Below are positions 63,524-64,000 of a stretch of 64,000 nt of DNA, one piece after another (position 1 is the stretch's first letter; each line of letters opens with the position of its first letter). Location: the NCBI GenBank assembly GCA_903900265.1, contig CAIUMM010000040.1, positions 19,041 to 83,040 of the forward strand, given 5' to 3'. The notes under the pieces were generated by a model. That model did not search any database and had not been told where the DNA came from. It was given only the letters and a program-made list of their open reading frames with translations. The position numbers and the translations under genes were made by a program. The stretch comes from an uncultured Pseudomonadota bacterium (GTDB taxonomy: Bacteria > Myxococcota_A > UBA796 > SXON01).

Positions 63524-64000
63524 CTACGGCGAGGGCGGGTTGAGGACCTTCTCCTTTTTGCGCGGGAAGAGTCGAATATACACGCCTTCTTCCTGTGTGA
63601 CCTGAAGGACATCGCTGCGCGTGATTCCGTTTGCCTTGTCGAGCAGCTGGGTCACGCTGCCGGTGGCTGCGTCCAGCTTCACCAGCATCGCGCGACCGTC
63701 TTTGACCGCCGCGGCGACTTCGTCCAATAGAGCGGGAACCTGCGTGGGCGGCACGCTCGCGACGAGCGCGTCCAAACGCGCAACCGTCCCGTCCATTCGC
63801 TGAAGGATGGGTCGGGCCTCGTCCACCGTTTGACGGACGCTCTTCAGCGTAGCGTGCGCTTCGGACACCAGCGCGGGCAGCTCCGCGGAAGAGAGGGCGA
63901 GGTTGTGCATCGCGGTCTCGGCGTCGACCAGCATCCGCTTCGGACGCTCGGGGTCATCCGCCACCGCACCTTGCAAGCTAGCGATCAGTCCCCTCACCGC
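63524..64000 (-). CDS. C-terminal part of a probable MlaD/MCE-type helical protein (5'-truncated by the window edge)
   Basis: Long amphipathic heptad helices typical of MCE C-termini; the diagnostic N-terminal domain lies outside the window. Confidence 0.5.
   Translation of the reverse strand, partial: AVRGLIASLQGAVADDPERPKRMLVDAETAMHNLALSSAELPALVSEAHATLKSVRQTVDEARPILQRMDGTVARLDALVASVPPTQVPALLDEVAAAVKDGRAMLVKLDAATGSVTQLLDKANGITRSDVLQVTQEEGVYIRLFPRKKEKVLNPPSP

Noticed and set aside
1-64000. tRNA, rRNA, IS, integrase or prophage
   Set aside because: Intergenic gaps are under about 200 bp, and I saw no cloverleaf, rRNA, transposase or phage motifs by eye; tRNAscan-SE and Infernal were not run.

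Overview
A GC-rich, very gene-dense bacterial chromosomal segment, most consistent with a Myxococcota-like (deltaproteobacterial) organism. That assignment is an inference from a Tgl/PilF-like pilotin, a Haliangium-type BMC-T shell protein, acidic DADTD-repeat lipoproteins and a CDGxDxDCDG motif. About 50 CDS are supported, many joined by ATGA/GTGA overlaps. Recognisable blocks: radical SAM/SPASM gene, acyl-CoA synthetase, metallophosphatase, alpha-2-macroglobulin plus pbpC; paired beta-propeller lipoproteins divergent from an orphan BMC-T gene; CotH kinase and pepP; an ftsB-mtnP-tgl-rodZ-recO run; a partial Wza/Wzc/priming-transferase locus; rnc and mnmA; a pentaheme cytochrome; ECF sigma/ChrR-like pair; a tightly linked transporter, KS-CLF-like fusion, GH57 and carbamoyltransferase run; a cNMP-PhcB-like protein; and a complete alternative complex III operon (actABCDEF). 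I saw no rRNA, tRNA, CRISPR array or mobile element. Most notable oddities: a radical-SAM-fold protein lacking its CX3CX2C motif coupled to a lipoyl-less E2 acyltransferase; the fused KS-CLF/GH57/NodU-like cluster; a 15-codon ORF coupled at both ends between actC and actD; atypical ACIII anchoring; and recurrent apparently leaderless starts. All calls come from reading motifs by eye; no database search was run.
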